Positions 51,046 through 62,546 of a stretch of 64,000 nt of DNA are shown here, in pieces. A program made the position numbers and the translations under genes. Source of the DNA: Haliotis rufescens (lineage: Eukaryota); the NCBI RefSeq assembly GCF_023055435.1, contig NW_025964334.1, positions 22,506,001-22,570,000 on the forward strand, in the 5' to 3' direction. Positions within the stretch are counted from its first letter, which is position 1, and the number at the start of each line of letters is the position of its first letter. The notes below the pieces were generated by a model. That model was given only the letters and a program-made list of their open reading frames with translations, did no database searches and was not told the origin of the DNA.

Positions 51046-54000
51046 CCCGAGCACTGAGGGGTTTGCATCGTGAGGAGCCATACATGGTCCCGGGCACTGA
51101 GGGGTTGCATCGTGAGGGGCCATACATGGTCCCGGGCACTGAGGGGGTTGCATGGTGAGGCGCCACACATGGTCCCGGGCAGCAAGTGGTTGCATCGTGA
51201 GGAGCCATAAATGGTCTCGGACATTGAGGGGTTGCATCGTGAGAGGCCATACATGGTCCCGGGCACTGAGGGGTTGCATCGTGAGGGGCCATACATGGTC
51301 CCGGGCACTGAGGGGGTTGCATCGTGAGGGGCCATACAAGGTCCCGGGCACTGAGGGGGTTGCATCGTGAGGGGCCATACATGGTCCCGGGCACTGAGGG
51401 GGTTGCATCGTGAGGAGCCATACATGGTCACGGGCACTGAGGGGGTTGCATCGTGAGGGGCCACACATGGTCCCGGGCAGCAAGGGGTTTGCATCGTGAG
51501 GGGCCATACATGGTCCCGGGCACTGAGGGGTTACATAGGGAGGGGCCACACATGGTCCCGGGCACTGAGGGGATTGCATCGTGAGGGGCCATACATGGTC
51601 CCGGACGCTGAGGGGTTGCATCATGAGGGGCCATACATGGTCCCGGGCACTGAGGGGTTGCATCATGAGGGGCCATACATGGTCCCGGGCACTGAGGGGT
51701 TGCATCGTGAGGAGCCATACATGGTCTCGGACATTGAGGGGTTGCATCGTGAGAGGCCATACATGGTGCCGGGCACTGAGGGGTTGCATCGTGAGGGGCC
51801 ATACATGGTCCCGGGCATTGAGGGGGTTGCATCGTGAGGGGCCATACAAGGTCCCGGGCACTGAGGGGGTTGCATCGTGAGGAGCCATACATGGTCCCGG
51901 GCACTGAGGGGGTTGCATCGTGAGGGGCCATACATGGTCCCGGGCACTAAGGGGGTTGCATCGTGAGGGGCCACACATGGTCCCGGGCACTGAGGGGGTT
52001 GCATCGTGAGGGGCCACACATGGTTCCAGGCAGCAAAGGGGTTGCATCGTGAGGGGCCACACATGGTCCCGGGCACTGAGGGGATTGCATCGTGAAGGGG
52101 CAATCATGGTCCCGGGCACTGAGGGGGTTGCATCGTGAGGGGCCATACATGGTCCCGGGCACTGAGGGGTTGCATCGTGAGGGGCCAAACATGGTCCCGG
52201 GCACTGAGGGGTTGCATCGTGAGGAGCCATACATGGTCCCGGGCACTGACGGGGTTGCATCGTGAGAGGCCATTCAAGGTCCCGGGCACTGAGGGGGTTG
52301 CATCGTGAGGAGCCATACATGGTCCCGGGCACTGAGGGGTTGCATCGTGAGGAGCCATACATGGTCCCGGGCACTGAGGGGGTTGCATCGTGAGGGGCCA
52401 CACATGGTCCCGGGCACTGAGGGGTTGCATCATGAGGGGCCATACATGGTCCCGGGCACTGAGGGGTTGCATCATGAGGAGCCACACATGGTCCCGGGCA
52501 CTGAGGGGGTTGCATCGTGAGGAGCCATACATGGTCCCGGGCACTGAGGGGGTTGCATCGTGAGGGGCCATACATGGTCCCGGGCACTGAGGGGTTTGCA
52601 TCGTGAGGGGCCACACATGGTTCCAGGCAGCAAAGGGGTTGCATCGTGAGGGGCCACACATGGTCCCGGGCACTGAGGGGATTGCATCGTGAAGGGGCAA
52701 TCATGGTCCCGGGCACTGAGGGGGTTGCATCGTAAGGGGCCATACATGGTCCCGGGCACTGAGGGGTTGCATCGTGAGGGGCCATACATGGTCCCGGGCA
52801 CTGAGGGGTTGCATCGTGAGGAGCCATACATGGTCCCGGGCACTGACGGGGTTGCATCGTGAGAGGCCATACAAGGTCCCGGGCACTGAGGGGGTTGCAT
52901 CGTGAGGAGCCATACATGGTCCCGGGCACTGACGGGGTTGCATCGTGAGGAGCCATACATGGTTCCTGGGCACGGAGGGGGTTGCATCGTGAGGGGCCAC
53001 ACATGGTCCCGGGCACTGAGGGGGTTGCATCGTGAGGGGCCACACATGGTTCCTGGGCACGGAGGGGGTTGCATCGTGAGGGGCCACACATGGTCCCGGG
53101 CACTGAGGGGGTTGCATCGTGAGGGGCCACACATGGTTCCAGGCAGCAAAGGGGTTGCATCGTGAGGGGCCACACATGGTCCCGGGCACTGAGGGGATTG
53201 CATCGTGAAGGGGCAATCGTGGTCCCGGGCACTGAGGGGGTTGCATCGTGAAGGGCCATACATGGACACGGGCAGCAAAGGGGTTGCATCGTGAAGGGCC
53301 ACACATGGTCCCGGGCACTGAGGGGGTTGCATCGTGAAGGGCCATACATGGTCACAGGCAGCAAAGGGGTTGCATCATGAGGGGCCATACATGGACCCGG
53401 GCAGCAAAGGGGTTGCATTGGGAGGGGCCATACATGGACCCGGGCAGCAAAGGGGTTGCATCGTGAGAGGCCACACATGGTCCCGGGCACTGAGGGGGTT
53501 GCATCGTGAAGGGCCATACATGGTCAAGGGCTCTGAGGGGTTGCATCGTGAGGGGCCATACATGGTCCCGGGCAGCAAAGGGGTTGCATCGTGAGGGGCC
53601 ACACATGGTCCCGGGCACTGAGGGGGTTGCATCGTGAGGGGCCATGCATGGTCCTGGACGCTGAGGGGTTGCATCATGAGGGGCCATACATGGTCCCGGG
53701 CACTGAGGGGTTGCATCATGAGGGGCCATACATGGTCCCGGGCACTGAGGGGTTGCATCGTGAGGAGCCATACATGGTCCCGGGCACTGACGGGGTTGCA
53801 TCGTGAGGGGCCATACATGGTCCCGGGCACTGACGGGGTTGCATCGTGAGGAGCCATACATGGTCCCGGGCACTGAGGGGGTTGCATCGTGAGGAGCCAT
53901 ACATGGTCCCGGGCACTGAGGGGGTTGCATCGTGAGGAGCCATACATGGTCCCGGGCACTGAGGGGGTTGCATCGTGAGGGGCCACACATGGTCCCGGGC

Positions 54001-55978
54001 ACTGAGGGGGTTGCATCGTGAGGGGCCACACATGGTTCCAGGCAGCAAAGGGGTTGCATCGTGAGGGGCCACACATGGTCCCGGGCACTGAGGGGATTGC
54101 ATCGTGAAGGGGCAATCATGGTCCCGGGCACTGAGGGGGTTGCATCGTAAGGGGCCATACATGGTCCCGGGCACTGACGGGGTTGCATCGTGAGAGGCCA
54201 TACAAGGTCCCGGGCACTGAGGGGGTTGCATCGTGAGGAGCCATACAAGGTCCCGGGCACTGAGGGGGTTGCATCGTGAGGAGCCATACATGGTTCCTGG
54301 GCACTGAGGGGGTTGCATCGTGAGGAGCCATACATGGTCCCGGGCACGGAGGGGGTTGCATCGTGAGGGGCCACACATGGTCCCGGGCACTGAGGGGGTT
54401 GCATCGTGAGGGGCCACACATGGTTCCAGGCAGCAAAGGGGTTGCATCGTGAGGGGCCACACATGGTCCCGGGCACTGAGGGGATTGCATCGTGAAGGGG
54501 CAATCATGGTCCCGGGCACTGAGGGGGTTGCATCGTGAAGGGCCATACATGGACACGGGCAGCAAAGGGGTTGCATCGTGAAGGGCCACACATGGTCCCG
54601 GGCACTGAGGGGGTTGCATCGTGAAGGGCCATACATGGTCACAGGCAGCAAAGGGGTTGCATCATGAGGGGCCATACATGGACCCGGGCAGCAAAGGGGT
54701 TGCATTGGGAGGGGCCATACATGGACCCGGGCAGCAAAGGGGTTGCATCGTGAAAGGCCACACATGGTCCCGGGCACTGAGGGGGTTGCATCGTGAAGGG
54801 CCATACATGGTCAAGGGCACTGAGGGGTTGCATCGTGAGGGGCCATACATGGTCCCGGGCAGCAAAGGGGTTGCATCGTGAGGGGCCACACATGGTCCCG
54901 GGCACTGAGGGGGTTGCATCGTGAGGGGCCATGCATGGTCCCGGGCACTGAGGGGGTTGCATCGTGAGGAGCCATACATGGTCCCGGGCACTGAGGGGGT
55001 TGCATCGTGAGGGGCCACACATGGTCCCGGGCACTGAGGGGGTTGCATCGTGAGGGGCCACACATGGTTCCAGGCAGCAAAGGGGTTGCATCGTGAGGGG
55101 CCACACATGGTCCCGGGCACTGAGGGGATTGCATCGTGAAGGGGCAATCATGGTCCCGGGCACTGAGGGGGTTGCATCGTGAAGGGCCATACATGGACAC
55201 GGGCAGCAAAGGTGTTGCATCGTGAGGGGCCACACATGGTCCCGGGCACTGAGGGGGTTGCATCGTGAAGGGCCATACATGGTCACAGGCAGCAAAGGGG
55301 TTGCATCATGAGGGGCCATACATGGACCCGGGCAGCAAAGGGGTTGCATCGTGAGGGGCCACACATGGTCCCGGGCACTGAGGGGGTTGCATCGTGAAGG
55401 GCCATACATGGTCAAGGGCACTGAGGGGTTGCATCGTGAGGGGCCATACATGGTCCCGGGCAGCAAAGGGGTTGCATCGTGAGGGGCCACACATCGTCCC
55501 GGGCACTGAGGGGGTTGCATCGTGAGGGGCCATGCATGGTCCCGGGCATTGAGGGGGTTGCATCGTGAGGAGCCATGCATGTTCCCGGGCACTGAGGGGG
55601 TTGCATCGTGAGGGGCCATGCATGGTCCCGGGCACTGAGGGGGTTGCATCGTGAGGGGCCATACATGGTCCCGGGCACTGAGGGGGTTGCATCGTGAGGA
55701 GCCATGCATGGTCCCGGGCACTGAGGGGGTTGCATCGTGAGGGGCCATACATGGTCCCGGGCACTGAGGGGGTTGCATCGTTAGGGGCCACACATGGTCC
55801 CGGGCACTGACGGGGTTGCATCGTGAGGGGTCATACACGGTCCCGGGCACTGAGGGGGTTGCATCGTGAGGGGCCATACACGGTCCCGGGCACTGAGGGG
55901 GTTGCATCGTGAGGGGCCATACATGGTCCCGGGCACTGAGGGGGATGCATCGTGAGGGGCCACACATGGTTCCAGGCA
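51046..55978. repeat. 42/43-bp G-rich minisatellite, about 115 copies (4.9 kb)
   Basis: Unit ggtcccgggcactgaggg(g)gttgcatcgtgaggggccatacat; source of the artefactual 844-aa and other ORFs. Confidence 0.95.
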
Positions 55979-56229
55979 TGTTTGCACTACAAAAGGGTAA
56001 ATACGCAAATTGACGAATATTTACATCATTTGGCTAAGCCTTCTTGTGTTTTATATTGTTTCTTTGCATATATGTTTAAGGTCCACTTTGAGATGTGATG
56101 AACTATGATGCAGACAAATCCTTACCCCTAACATAAAATGTCAATTCGACATCTATCATTAAAGAAAAACATTATTTCAACCAGAAGTTACACAAAAGCT
56201 GTACGTTGAGAATGCAACATGTGGTTTCT

Positions 56230-56355
56230 TTACGTTGAAGACGGTGGAGGCGATTTCAGTCCAAATATCTTAATAGCATCGAACTCCACCCACTTTCCAG
56301 CGACGGATGTACAGTCTGTTGTAAACCTGACACTGTTGGAAGGGGACGTCAGTGT
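56230..56355 (-). CDS. Terminal exon of the Sushi + FBXL4-N/pappalysin-like domain gene
   Basis: Acceptor ctatgttccag|, phase 0, TLTSPSNSVRFTTDCTSVAGKWVEFDAIKIFGLKSPPPSST*; W-x-E-x-D-A-I-x-x-x-G closes this domain type. Confidence 0.7.
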   Translation of the reverse strand, partial: TLTSPSNSVRFTTDCTSVAGKWVEFDAIKIFGLKSPPPSST

Positions 56356-57165
56356 CTGGAACATAGGAATGACCTGATGCCCTGGGCAAATACACAATAC
56401 TGTTACATCTTAACTATCATCAGGGAAATATGTCCAAACGTTTATAAAATTGTTTCATTCAGCAGTACAATGTGAAAACGAAGGCATGCAGATTCATAAA
56501 CTATTCTTGCAAATATATATGATTTCCATTACATTTCCTTCATGATAATCAGAGTCACCCATCACACACTTATTGTACTTGAATCATATACCGCTATAAG
56601 GAATTGTCACGGGAAGCGTGTTTCGAATCATATAATATGCTAAAAATGATGGCAGAAATTTAAAAAAAATGGAAAAATGTTTGCGATACTGAATTACCAG
56701 TACAGGCAGTATGTATTCTCAGCCTGTGGATGTGCTAAATGTAACTGGAGACTGATTTCCTTCTTCAAATGTTTGTTTCGGACAGCAGTCGTGGCTCTCA
56801 ACATTGAAGTATACTCCAGGATGCATTGTTTGTCATTAGTTTAATGATGAGGCACAGGTGGTCAGATATAGCGACATACAACTGTAGATAATTAACTCCC
56901 TGAGGAAAACTTACTTATAAACGCGTGTATTTGGTCGTTTGTATTAATGATCAGAATGAGACGAATACTAATGATTATGTAATTGACATTTCTTAATTCC
57001 TAATATATAAACTGTGAAAATGCCTATATTTTGAAGTTAATCGGTAGTGTGTTATGTGGCAGAGGAGATTGTTTCCAGTTTTGTCTGAATATTTTCTGTG
57101 GCAGCAAATGGCTGTAGTGGTATATCTGCACGGGAGTGTGATTTAGAGTTACCTTCCTCATTTCA

Positions 57166-57428
57166 TGTTTGTTTGTTGTTTAACGCCGTACTCAGCAATA
57201 TTTCAGCTATATGACGGCGGTCCGTACATAATCAAGTCTGGACCAGGTAATCCAGTGATTGACATCATGAGCATCGATCCACGCAATTGGGATACGATAA
57301 CATGCATCAACCACGTCAGCGAGCCTTACCACCAGATCCCGTTTGTCGCCTCTGACGACAAGCAAAGTCGCCCTTTAGGGCAAGCATTGGTTGCTGAAGA
57401 CCTATTCTACCCCGGATCTTCATGGGTC
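57166..57428 (-). mobile_element. Family C element, full length, intronic
   Basis: 5' end GACCCATGAAGATCCGGGG; two-motif variant; (aaac)n tail. Confidence 0.85.
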
Positions 57429-57930
57429 CTGAGTTGATGTAAACAACCATAGCAACATTGATGTTTCGACAGGTTTCGGGATCTGACAATTTCTAGAAGT
57501 CTGACTTCAAAATTATGGCGATTTGAGGCTTTCTACGACCTGACTTGCGTCTTATTTACTAGCCAAGAGAGGACGGGATACCTATATAAAACATAGAATT
57601 CCTGCCAGCTTCCAACTGTATTCCGGGTTCAGGACAGCAGCACGTACCTCTTTCAAAAGAACTTAAATCTCGACATTCGTGAATACACAACCATATTAAG
57701 GGGCTTGTTACTTGTTGTTTTGTGATTGTAAACATAAAACTGTGTGTTTCAATATAATTTGTAAAATATTTATTGAACACGGATTACGGACTTCCCAATT
57801 TAGTTCTGTACGAAACAATTTCTGGGATGGCCTCAGCGTGTCAATAAAGAAATCACCTCGTAACATTTGTCACAATATTTATTCAGCCAGTGATCCAAGC
57901 ACGTTTATAATCTCTGTTTGATATGGTTAC

Positions 57931-58101
57931 CGTGAATTGTGGCGAGAAGATTCTGCTCCGTGTTATAACTGTGACGGATGCAGCGGTCCAGATGGTGTCC
58001 CATGTGTTATTCCTCCCTACAGACACGGTCTTCACAAGCCCTGCTGAACACGTCTCGTATATATCTATACGGCGTATGTAAAGCGTCTCAGCAAACTCCA
58101 C
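57931..58101 (-). CDS. Internal exon (171 bp, phase 0-0) of the same gene
   Basis: aatgttcag|GTG...ACG|gtaacc; VEFAETLYIRRIDIYETCSAGLVKTVSVGRNNTWDTIWTAASVTVITRSRIFSPQFT. Confidence 0.75.
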
Positions 58102-58812
58102 CTGAACATTAAAAGTTATGAATTACTTTGGTTCGTTTCTTGATTACTTAAATCAATAAATATGTAATGTTTCATCTGTAAAATGTAAAGAATACCTTGA
58201 CCATGATGATTGATATATTCAATGTTATTTAATTGAATTCTGAAGTTGTTCATCTTTGTCTTATTTCACACCTAGTGGCATTTCGTTGTAAACGCATTCT
58301 TCAGAATCTAATGATTGACTAATCCTGATACAGGACTTCGCGTCAATATCCTAAGTGCTGAGCCACGCGGACCATATCAGGGCACATGCCCAAACAAGGA
58401 AATGTACTGGAACATATGATGAACCACGAGGAACAAATCTAGGCACAAGATGAAACAGGAGAAAACTAATGGTAATCTGGGGCATCGGATGGTTACAAGG
58501 AACATAGGTTTAGTACTGTTTCATTTATTCAATCAAAACCATAACCGACAGCTAATAGTACTCATGATGCATCTGATCAGATCTATTTAGATTGCATCAC
58601 AAGTACTATTTTTTAAATCTTTTACGATATAAATATTTAACTTGGTGTAAATGACACTATTTAGAACACATATTGATCATCCATAGGGCCTTGGATTTAC
58701 GAGGATTAGAATTTCAATCACTTCGGTCCATGAAATAAACATACCATACTGTACGGTAATATACTAACATAACTGTAATATACTTTTCTGTTCACGGTGT
58801 GGTTAAGTTTAC

Positions 58813-59033
58813 CTGAATCCATTCATTCCCGTTCTCACAAAACTTAGATGAAGGGGCCCATGATCCTGTAATGTCTCCGTATTGGGGGTAGACATCGAAC
58901 TTTCTCAGAATATGCCCTGCATGCCAACTGAAGAAAGTGGTAATGGTGTAATTCATATTTGAAATTCCAACATAACGTAACGACATTATTATCTATCTAC
59001 TCACATATACAACCCGTTTGTGAATAAGCGCAC
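58813..59033 (-). CDS. Internal exon (phase 1-0) of the same gene, with an in-frame TAG at 58993-58995
   Basis: catcag|GT...ATTCAG|gtaaac; ...YVSR*IIMSLRY...WHAGHILRKFDVYPQYGDITGSWAPSSKFCENGNEWIQ joins in frame to VEF...; acceptor position uncertain. Confidence 0.6.
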
Positions 59034-59047
59034 CTGATGGCTGGAAT

Positions 59048-59258
59048 CAAGTTGGTTCAAAGCCGCTTTGAACAGTACTGCAGTTAGATCACGGTGTGTC
59101 AGCTTAATGTGGGAATACGTCCCGAGGACACGGGTATAGTGAGAAGGGAGAATATGGGATTCAAACCCACGATAACAGGTGTTTCGTACTCCTAGGGGGC
59201 GGAACTCATCGAACACAAGGAATTGCGACGCTTTGTACGACAGGTCCACACGAACCCC
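59048..59258 (-). mobile_element. SINE family B, degenerate (second fragment at 59563-59710)
   Basis: cacggtgtgtcagcttaatgtggga...ggattcaaacccac. Confidence 0.65.
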
Positions 59259-59820
59259 CTTAATTTTTTTAAACAAAATTTTCCAGCAAAGGCTTCTATT
59301 GTTTCAACAACTCTTCTTTTCTCTTATAAGTGTATAATTCACAATACACATATACTTGGTTTCGCTCGTACTTTCTTCGGCACATGTATAATAGTTCCTC
59401 GGAGGTGGCACAATGAATAAAAAAGTACGTGCGCGGTTACTGTGCAGTAATCTGGATGTCATTTCGCTTTGTTATGGCGAAGACCTCAACACCAATTCAC
59501 GCCAACACATCCTGCAATCGTGGCTTGTTCATTGAACAAACGTCATACATGTCTCAGATGTTTTGCACTTTGTCCACTTGAAACCCGCGAGCACAGGCAT
59601 GGTACTGATAAACCTAGAAACATAATCAGGGTGAACAGGGATCCGAACCCATAATCATCTGGAGTCCCCAAGGGACGCAACTCTTAGACGACTTGGCCAC
59701 AAGTGCCCCCACACTTTTAGAAATAATATCAAATGTGTTCATGCCAAAAAAGAAAAATGAAAAGATGATGCCAAATTGCAATGCATCAACAAAGACGGTT
59801 TTCAGGGTTTTAGGGAACTA

Positions 59821-61358
59821 AACTAGTGTCCAAAAGAAACGATACCACCTGTTTGCAACGACATAAAAGAAAAACTAAACAATGCAGAAGTTTAGGATTG
59901 GTGTTATGCTTTTGAGAAATCCTTTCACAACATCTGTACAAAAATTTCATTTCAATAAAATCTGTACAACCAATATGACACGCCTTTAAAGATGGGTGGG
60001 GTCGAAAAATGAACATTTCGTTAGAGCACTGATCACAGAAACAACGGGAAATGTCACACCACACGTCTCAAAGTCAAGTCAGTAGCGGGTATGTCCACCG
60101 TGAGCATCAATACATGCCAGAACACGCCTACGGACTGATGACGTCAAACGTCTGATGACGTTGGGAGTGATGCTTTGCCATTCCTCGAGGAGACATCGTT
60201 CAAAGTCCTGGACGTTGACTGGAGGCACACGGCGACGTCGGATTTGCCGATCGAGGTGGTCCCATAAGTGCTCGATGGGATTAATGTCCGGTGAACATGC
60301 GGGCCATGGCAAAACCTGTACGTTGGCGTTGGCAAGGAAGTTCTGTGTCAATCTTGCTGTGTGTGGCCTTGCATTGTCATGTTGGAAAAGGAGTCCACGA
60401 GGCTGTTGCTGAATAAAGGGCACCACAACAGGATGTCATCAAGATAACGCTGTGCATTCAGGTTTCCACGAATTACGACAAGCATCGTTTTGACGTCACC
60501 ACATATGCCACCCCAAACCATTAACCCTCCACCCCCAAACGGCCGGACCTGTTGGATACAGTTAGGCGCCAAACGTTCACCAAATCGTCGGTATACAAGC
60601 TGCCGTCCATCGTTTCTGAAGATGAGGAATCTGCTCTCATCAGAGAACATAACACGTGCCCAGTCCCGCCGTTGCCAACGTCGAACTCGCCTGGCCCAGA
60701 TCAGTCTGTTGTTCCGGTGTCGAGGCGTCAGGAGCGGTCCGCGGTAGGGATGACGTGGCCGGATACCATACTGCCGTAGTCTCCTGTAGACGGTCTGTCG
60801 ACTGATCCTGTGTCCCAGTGCTGTAGCCGCCGTGGACGTCGCTGTTACGGTGCGGTTCCTCAGGTGTAATACCCGGATGTAACGATATTCACGGGGCCTA
60901 GTTACTCGTGGTCTTCCACTCATGGGCCTGTCTGACGTCTGACCTGTCTGACGTAACCGCTGCATAAACCTGGTGATAGTGATGCGTGCGCAGCCCAACC
61001 TTCTGGCGACGTCGACGTGTGACGCTCCTTGTTCGACCATTCCAAAGGCTGTCTCTCTCTCTCGATGGCTGTCAAACGTGGCATATCTTGTGTTCTTTTT
61101 GTTGCTGTGATCTCAACGTGTCTGATCAGCCGTTTTAAACAATTTTTATGCACGTGCAGAACATGCTAGAGAGGGAAATGTCACTTTCACGAAATTTACG
61201 TTTTTTCCCGGAAGTGATCACGTGTTCCCGGTTTTTTTTATCGAATATGCTGTGTTTGGGATGTGCAATACGAATTGGCATGTTTTCATACTAGACAATT
61301 CACTTAGTAAAAAACAATTTTGAAAATAAGTTGGTATCGTTTCTTTTGGACACTAGTT
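59821..61358 (-). mobile_element. Complete Tc1-family DNA transposon (1538 bp)
   Basis: Perfect 27-bp TIRs aactagtgtccaaaagaaacgatacca, TA duplications at 59819-59820 and 61359-61360, internal transposase. Confidence 0.95.
60079..61084 (-). pseudogene. Tc1 DD34E transposase with two frameshifts
   Basis: MPRLT...HTH, GRPR, FSDES, MVWGGI, FQHDNARPH, WPACSPDINPIEHLW (34 residues between D and E); frameshifts near 61045-61062 and near 60430. Confidence 0.9.
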
Positions 61359-61592
61359 TACTTAACTCGCATTTGAACATGAGGAAGTCGCAGCCCCAAA
61401 CTTATATATTAACAGATGTACATATCGGTAACAAACAACTTGCGAAAATCACAGGGACTTGGTTATAGTTGCCATTTATCCACAAGTTCTACACGACGAC
61501 CATTATCAATGTAGGACAATATGTTTGGACATCGACGGCCCCCAGTTTGACCGCTCTTAGCAATAGTATGTGTCTAACGATGCAGCTGGGTG

Positions 61593-61770
61593 TTTGATTT
61601 GTTTGTTTATTTGTTTAACGCCGCACGCAATATTCCAGCAATATGACGGCGGTCTGTAAAATCCAGTGATTGACATCATGAGCATCGATCCACGCAATTC
61701 ATATCGATGACATGCATCATCAAGTGAGCAAGCCTGACCACCCGATCCCGTTAGTGGCCTCTTATGACAA
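61593..61770 (-). mobile_element. Family C element, intronic
   Basis: tttaacgccgcac...cctgaccacccgatcccgttagtggcctcttatgacaag. Confidence 0.8.
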
Positions 61771-62366
61771 GGAATGTACACGGGCGACGACAGTCATTTT
61801 GTTCCTAATTAATGCAGCGGGTGTTTATGCATGCGATAACTTCACCTTGCTGTTTCATACTGAGACGAGAAGTCCAACACCTTGTAGCCCCATTCTTCCC
61901 ATTCTGTGGAGATAAGACAGGACAACATCACGACCAAACGATTTACGTTGTTTCTCGAAAAGATTCGATTAATGATTAATTCGATAAATGCACCACCATG
62001 AATACGTAATTCAAAATTAATATATCAATTTGATTAGTTTTAACAAAATCAGTAAATGCACTCTCGTGTCACTTGATTGTCTGGTTTGTTTAGTGGCCGC
62101 CGTCGCTTGGCAGGAGTACTGCTGTGCGGCGTCAGGCAGTGTATACATGCAAATTGTGTGAGTGGCTGGTGCTACGGGTAGGGTAGGACATGCTTACCCT
62201 TTCGACAACTCCCGGTGTCATTACTGATTTTAGTGGTCAATGCATATAATTTTCACAGCTATTTTGCCGTTTACGCCAAATGGAATCTATTGCGGCGGAT
62301 AGTCAAGAATGTTTCTTATCTTGCATTGACATTTTATATATATGCAAATGAAAATAATGCTTGTAC

Positions 62367-62546
62367 CTGCACACACTATGGTCACGTCACTCCATGTGCC
62401 AGATTCTTGACACACGCTTGTACCGTTTCCTCCAAAATGCTTGTACCCATCCACACAGGAATAGGTGAGAACGTCGGCATAGTTTGTGGACGTCATGTTT
62501 ATTGTAGTGTTGCCGACAATTGGGGCGTCCTCTGGACACTGAATTA
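62367..62546 (-). CDS. Sushi/CCP domain exon (180 bp, phase 1-1)
   Basis: cccttgcag|TA...GCAG|gtacaa; IQCPEDAPIVGNTT...LTYSCVDGYKHFGGNGTSVCQESGTWSDVTIVCA has the 4-Cys, GY and W Sushi signature; symmetric phase-1 exon. Confidence 0.85.

Noticed and set aside
50983-55979. 844-aa, 446-aa and other Pro/Cys-rich ORFs
   Set aside because: They are translations of a 42/43-bp repeat whose minus strand lacks stops; the peptides rotate through all three frames, with no splice or domain evidence.
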